A stretch of DNA of 64,000 nt. Source: Amoebophrya sp. A120. Taxonomy: Eukaryota > Protista > Dinoflagellata. A program made the position numbers and the translations under genes. Location: contig CAJINV010000004.1 in the NCBI GenBank assembly GCA_905178155.1, forward strand, positions 3,001,014-3,065,013, given 5' to 3'. Positions 58,971 to 64,000 of this stretch are shown here, in pieces (within the stretch, counting starts at the first letter, position 1; the number at the start of each line of letters is the position of its first letter). The notes under the pieces were generated by a model that was given only the letters and a program-made list of their open reading frames with translations, searched no databases and was not told the DNA's origin.

Positions 58971-59510
58971 TCAGGAATAGCTCGGCTCCAACGAGTAGCT
59001 GAAGACCAGTTGGTCGCCGGGGCCCTTGAAGCAATTGTAAAGATCCGCAATGCAGTCGTCGCGTTCGGGAGTGAAGCTGCTTTGCAGGTACAGATACAAG
59101 CTTTCCACGCGCAGCAGTTGTTTCATTTTCCGAAAAAACTCGCCAAACGTAATAAATCCGTCGATCGAGAACGTGCTGTTCTTCAGCTTTGGAGCCATGG
59201 AGATCGGACGCATGTGCAGCTGCACCTTGAAATTCCTCAAATCGCGCAGTGCGGCCTGCAGCAAGCTGTCACTAGACAGCGGGTCGCCGCCGTGGATGTG
59301 ATCCTCCGGCGAAGTAGTAGATGGACAATGTTCGCGAAGGCTACCGTCAACGTCTGGCGGCGTTGTGCTAGTTCTGGGTCTGTCTAAACCTACAGCATGG
59401 TCTGCTACTTCTACTTCGGGCACGGCGGGGGTGGGGAAGTAGGTGGACGAGTGTGTATTTTCGGGATCTGTCTGAAGAAAGGTCGCTTTTTTAAACCCCG
59501 CACTGGACAT
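58971..59510 (-). CDS. ATG12: Ubiquitin-like autophagy protein ATG12
   Basis: KVQLHMRPISMAPKLK..F, ESLYLYLQSSFTP..DDCIADLYNCF...LVFSYS. Confidence 0.88.
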   Translation of the reverse strand: MSSAGFKKATFLQTDPENTHSSTYFPTPAVPEVEVADHAVGLDRPRTSTTPPDVDGSLREHCPSTTSPEDHIHGGDPLSSDSLLQAALRDLRNFKVQLHMRPISMAPKLKNSTFSIDGFITFGEFFRKMKQLLRVESLYLYLQSSFTPERDDCIADLYNCFKGPGDQLVFSYSLEPSYS

Positions 59511-59655
59511 GATGGCGATGCCGCTTCTTGCAGCTCTCCGCTTCGTCAGGTGAGAGTTTGAAACAAGAACGTTTTCGCTAGTGTTGCTGGGTCTTGGCGG
59601 AAAGGCGAGTGGTCAAACTTTAGTGCGTGTACTAGGCAGGAGCATGACCTTTTCA

Positions 59656-60646
59656 ACTCTGTACAAAGATAATCTTCAACTCCTGCACCTAGCTCATCCG
59701 TATTACTGTATACTAGCCCAGAGACGCCGGCGTCCAGGACGCCGGCTGGGCTAGTAGCTTGAAAAATAGTTCCACATATGGAGCGCGCGCCACTCGCGCT
59801 ATTTTGGTTGGTTAGAAGGTGAAGGCATGGCACAGACAGAAATAGGCACAAAAGGCCCCGGAATTCGCGTCAGAAGAAGGGGAGGCAGCGCCGCAAGAGA
59901 AAGCAAAAGCACAGCGAGCGAGGGCTACACAGACCCAGGCACGACCTTCCGGCGCGCCCGCGGGACTGGTGCGATTTTGCTTTGTGCATGGGCTGCCCCG
60001 AGGGAGATTGCTTGGTGCGCCTGGGCCGGCCTGCGCGTGCCTTGGCGGCCTCGCCGCTTTAGCGCTTTTGCGGTCCCGGCGTCAGCCCCTTTTGCGCGCC
60101 CGGACTTGAGAGCGGTTGCGCTTTCCAATTTGGGCTTGGCCAAAAGTGATGGCCAGACAGGGCAGGGAGCTCTTGGCCCCAACATTTGCCCGAGCGAAAA
60201 GTAGTGGCCAGGGAACTCCTGGGCATCCCTTTTGCTTTTGCCCGGCCGGAAAGCGATGGCAAAAAGAGATCGCCAAGGAATTCTTGGCCGCCATCTTTGC
60301 CCGGCGGGCCGGAAATAAAATGGCTGAAGATGGCCAAAAGTGATGACCAAGGGGCTTCTGCTTTTGCCCATCACTTTTGCCGCCGGGCCGGAAAGCGATG
60401 GCGAAAAGTGATCGCTGGCCAAGGAGTTCTTCGCCATCTACCACTTTTGCCGCCGACCCGGAAACAAAGCGAAGGCAAAAAGTGACTGCTGGCCAAGGAG
60501 TTCTTGGCCATCACTTTCGCGCGGCGGACCGGGAAGCGGTGGCCAAAAGTGATGACCAAGGAACCCCTGGGCGCCACTTTTGTCCGGCCACTCTGTACAA
60601 AGATAATCTTCAACTCCTGCACCTAGCTCATCCGTATTACTGTATA
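59656..60646. mobile_element. ~880-bp internally repetitive insert flanked by a perfect 57-bp direct repeat
   Basis: ACTCTGTACAAAGATAATCTTCAACTCCTGCACCTAGCTCATCCGTATTACTGTATA at 59656-59712 and 60590-60646; internal GGCCAAAAGTGATG and GCCGGAAAGCGATGG modules. Confidence 0.75.
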
Positions 60647-61968
60647 TGATCTGTTCCTTGTTAGAATTCTCTGCAGTTGTACAAGTCGAAGTTCTACTAC
60701 CTTTAGTTCTATCTGATAGTGATAATCATGACGGGAATTTTTGCTAGTGTGCACCCCTATACTCCTCTGTCGAAATCAATTCCATAACATGTTCGGAAAG
60801 CCTGTGTCGCTTTGCGGTGCTGGCACCTTTACCCTATTTTTTCTTGTATCGATGGCACTGCCTCCTTTACCATATTTTTCGTCATCTGAACCCGTTTTTC
60901 GCTTTCCGGCAGAAGAAAGCAAGGGCAACCACTGTGGTCGATCCTAGCCGCACAGGATTTTCACTCGAATTATTGCAACTTCTTTCCTCCTCTAGCAGGA
61001 GTGTGCTGGCGTAGGTCTTTCGTTGCAGCAACAGCATAATTAAGTAGAACCTCGTCGTTGTACGTGCAGTACCAAGACCAACGGCAAGCGAAGCTGGAAC
61101 AACAAGCGCCACCTCGTCGTCTCTACCTTCAACGTCTCCGGAGTAATCAAGCCTGAAATACAGGAAAACACAGCGAGTTGCTGATAAACATTCCAAGGCA
61201 CGACATCATCCACCGAGCGTGTTCAGGGTCTGTTTATTCGTCTCGTGTAAAAGTAGTCCTGATTACACAAGAACGACAATCACTCATCTCATGTTTCGGC
61301 GGAGAAAAACACTCCTCCTCAATCCTGCTTTTCTAGAGCATTGGCGATACGGTCCCGAACAACGAATAGCAAGCTCCTGCTTGCAACCTTTTATAATTCC
61401 ATCAGATAGTTCTGCAAGGACCACAAATCTCGCCTTTGCTTTATCTAAAAATCTCGGTTGCTCCTCCCAAACTTACAATACCGGTTTCTGTAAACACTTT
61501 GATGAAAGAGTCTCGACCAGATCTTCTTTCTGTGTTTTTTCTCCTGGAGCGAGAAGCAGGAGCCAACTTACAGACACAAAATAAACGATTCTCGTCGTCC
61601 CCCGCCGCCGCCCCCCGCGCAGAAACATAATCTGCGCGAGGTTCTTGGAACTACCGTTGGCTTGTCGAGCCTAATACTAATACACAATACAAGAAATATT
61701 TTTCGCCCGTCTTGCTGCTCAAGATGGCCGCAAACGGATGTTGTTTACGCTATAAAAAGAAAAGATGAAGAAGTAGTGGAAAAACTACAACAAGGATTCA
61801 TTCGGTACATACTTGTCGTCCGGTAACGTTTGTACATTTCGAACATTTAGTAACAACCTCCTGCTTTTCCTGCCGGACTTTTACGACTAATATGATAATG
61901 ATTATCATTTTCATTCGGTTATGGTTATGAACCCTCATCTTCCACAATAACAGTTCTTCTTTTCATCT

Positions 61969-63715
61969 CTACAGCTCCTCCTTTTCCATGGGCAATTCAC
62001 CGGACTCCTTGATCACCAGCTTGGCGGCCGGCTTTCCGCTTGGAGACTATGCACCATAAATTTCCCGCACGTGTACGTCAAAGTGCATCACAAGTAAGAA
62101 TGGCACCAAATCAAAAACAACTTGTTATTCAGAACCAGAAAAGTTTGTCGTGCGGAAAACTACACATTTGTACGTCGTCTGCAGGAAATTTACTGAGCAT
62201 AGGGAGCCCTTACCCTCAATGGCCTTCACGACGTCCTGGCCTTCGAGAACCTCGCCGAAGACCACATGCTTGCCGTCCAACCACGGAGTTTTGACCTGAT
62301 CAAAATCAAATCAGGAGAATGGGATATAACAATTTCTGCAACAAGGAAGTGCATGGCCACAGATCAGCCCTCTAAACTCAACCAGTATGTAGGAGTAGTA
62401 GTAGACAAATTTTTGCATGACTGGTGAGAAGTGTGATCTTCCTGTATTCATTTCTGTAGTACGCTAATATAGTACCGCACGATGCCTGCACCTGCTTGCT
62501 GCTTGTGCCTAGTAAGTATCTTCCTATGGAAAATATGCGTTTGCGTATCAAAAGCAATATTAAAACAGCTGCCGTATCTATAAAAGAAGTACTGTGGTGA
62601 TGAAGAACTGGGAGCCGTTTGTCCCGGGTCCGGCGTTGGCCATGGAGAGCAAGTACGGCTTTTTGTGCTTGTGCTTGAAGTTCTCGTCCTCAAACTTCTC
62701 TCCGTAGATAGACTCCCCGCCCGGGCTATGAAGGTACAAAAGAACCTCCACTCATTTGTATTTGGCATGAACAACGATACAAGCGTCAGCAAGGGTTGAG
62801 GCTTTGCATCACAAATTTGCACATCAGAAGACCGTAATGCCATGTGTTTAGGCTCCTGCAAGAACTTGCCATGCAAACAGTGCCAAGAGGAAAGGCGTGC
62901 ATTATAGGTGCCTTGCATGACAAATGAGGGGGGTTGCGTGCACTCTCATACGTCCCATCGCCGTTGGTGAAGTCCCCGCCCTGAAGCATAAACTGCGGGA
63001 TCACCCGATGAAACGTGCTGCCCTGGTAGTGCAGCGGCTTGCCCATCTTTCCTTCGCCCTTCTCACCTTGTTTATTTGGGGTACTACGTCTGCATGATCT
63101 CGTACTTCTTCGCGATATTCAAACGAAAAAGCAAGTAAGTTGTAGCCTAGAAGCCCTGGTCTGATTCATCATCTGCGCAACAGTACACTACTTGTGCTGC
63201 ACAAGGTACCGGATGAAGTCCAACAAAATATTCCACCACGCGCTCTCGTGCAGCACCAGGATAGGTGGTATCAATGTAAACAATTTTACCTGTGCACAAT
63301 GCCCTGAAGTTTTCTGCAGTTTTTGGAACGCTCTTGCCGTACAGACCCATCACTATCCGACCTCCATCCTCACCGCCAAGTGTTACGTCGAAGTATACCT
63401 GATATGCACAAAAACTACACAATGTGATACTCATACTTATACTTATAGATCATTCCGGAGTTTTTGCAATCAAACACATCAAGAGTACTACAGCTGTGCA
63501 GCATCAAATAACCGTGACGCTACAACTAGTTACACCTCCCATGCAAAGAAAAGAACTTGGAGTCTGCTCTCGTAAATAAGCGAGAAGAGCGCATCAATCC
63601 TGTTCAGAAATAGAAGTACCTTGCTGGTAATCTTTGGTCCCTTCTTTTTCTTCTCGTCCGCGGCTACTCCACTAGCGGCGCCCAGAAAGGCGAGCAACTT
63701 GATGACTTGCCTCAT
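61969..63715 (-). CDS. ER-type cyclophilin (cyclophilin B-like PPIase) with signal peptide and C-terminal KEEL; several introns
   Basis: [58 protein letters not shown], ends [10 protein letters not shown]. Confidence 0.95.
62048..62201. mobile_element. Intronic TIR element, family C (DR decayed)
   Basis: TATGCACCATAAATTTCCCGCAC...GCAGGAAATTTACTGAGCATA; element+5 gives GKGS|PSGKP. Confidence 0.85.
62727..62950. mobile_element. Intronic TIR element, family E (DR decayed)
   Basis: TATGAAGGTACA..CTCATTTGT...ACAAATGAGGGGGGTTGCGTGCACTCTCATA; element+5 gives GDGT|GGESIYG. Confidence 0.87.
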
Positions 63716-64000
63716 TTTCTGATAAAAGACTTCCCTTGCGAAGGCGTACACAAACGAGCTTTCGAAGAAATTATCGCTAGAATGTGTCTTAGTATGTGTT
63801 GTAACCCTTTCAGATAGTACAAAACAAAGGTCGCGATGTCAGTGAATGCTTACAATTCTTTCGCCAAAAAAAGTGTTGCAGTTTTTGAGTCGGACTTTGT
63901 CGCTGCTATGAAATCGGAGCGCAAAAAAAAATGTACGCAAAAAACGAAGTACATGATCTATCGTTCGCTTTACAACTACAGCGGAACAGCACGGCGAGAA

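Noticed and set aside
1-64000. Autonomous transposase, reverse transcriptase, tRNA or rRNA genes
   Set aside because: None recognisable in the sequence or ORF track; the mobilising enzyme must be elsewhere or in the gap.

Overview
Eukaryotic, gene-dense 64-kb window. It is most consistent with a parasitic dinoflagellate (Amoebophrya/Syndiniales-like; inferred from architecture, not proven). Every credible protein gene lies on the minus strand: MFAP1, a Slo/BK-type RCK channel, GPN1, a DUF6787-like protein, ATG12, an ER cyclophilin and several orphans. The dominant feature is 37 short terminal-inverted-repeat (TIR) insertions (36 complete, 1 cut by the window edge) from about 10 sequence families, all inside coding regions. 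They share one grammar: 5'-TAT...ATA-3' ends, a 5-bp direct repeat (DR), and multiple internal GCAT(G/C/T)ACAAA motifs. In every case I translated, removing the element plus one DR copy restores the reading frame, regardless of element orientation and mostly without GT-AG. Two elements carry GC-rich satellite arrays, three carry nested retroposon-like inserts, and one is a palindromic dimer. Two ~0.9-1 kb inserts with long (32 and 57 bp) flanking duplications lie outside recognised genes. Protein oddities include a TIGPGD channel filter and an ATG12 without its C-terminal Gly. Coordinates were counted by hand and may be off by a base or two; gene starts are approximate.
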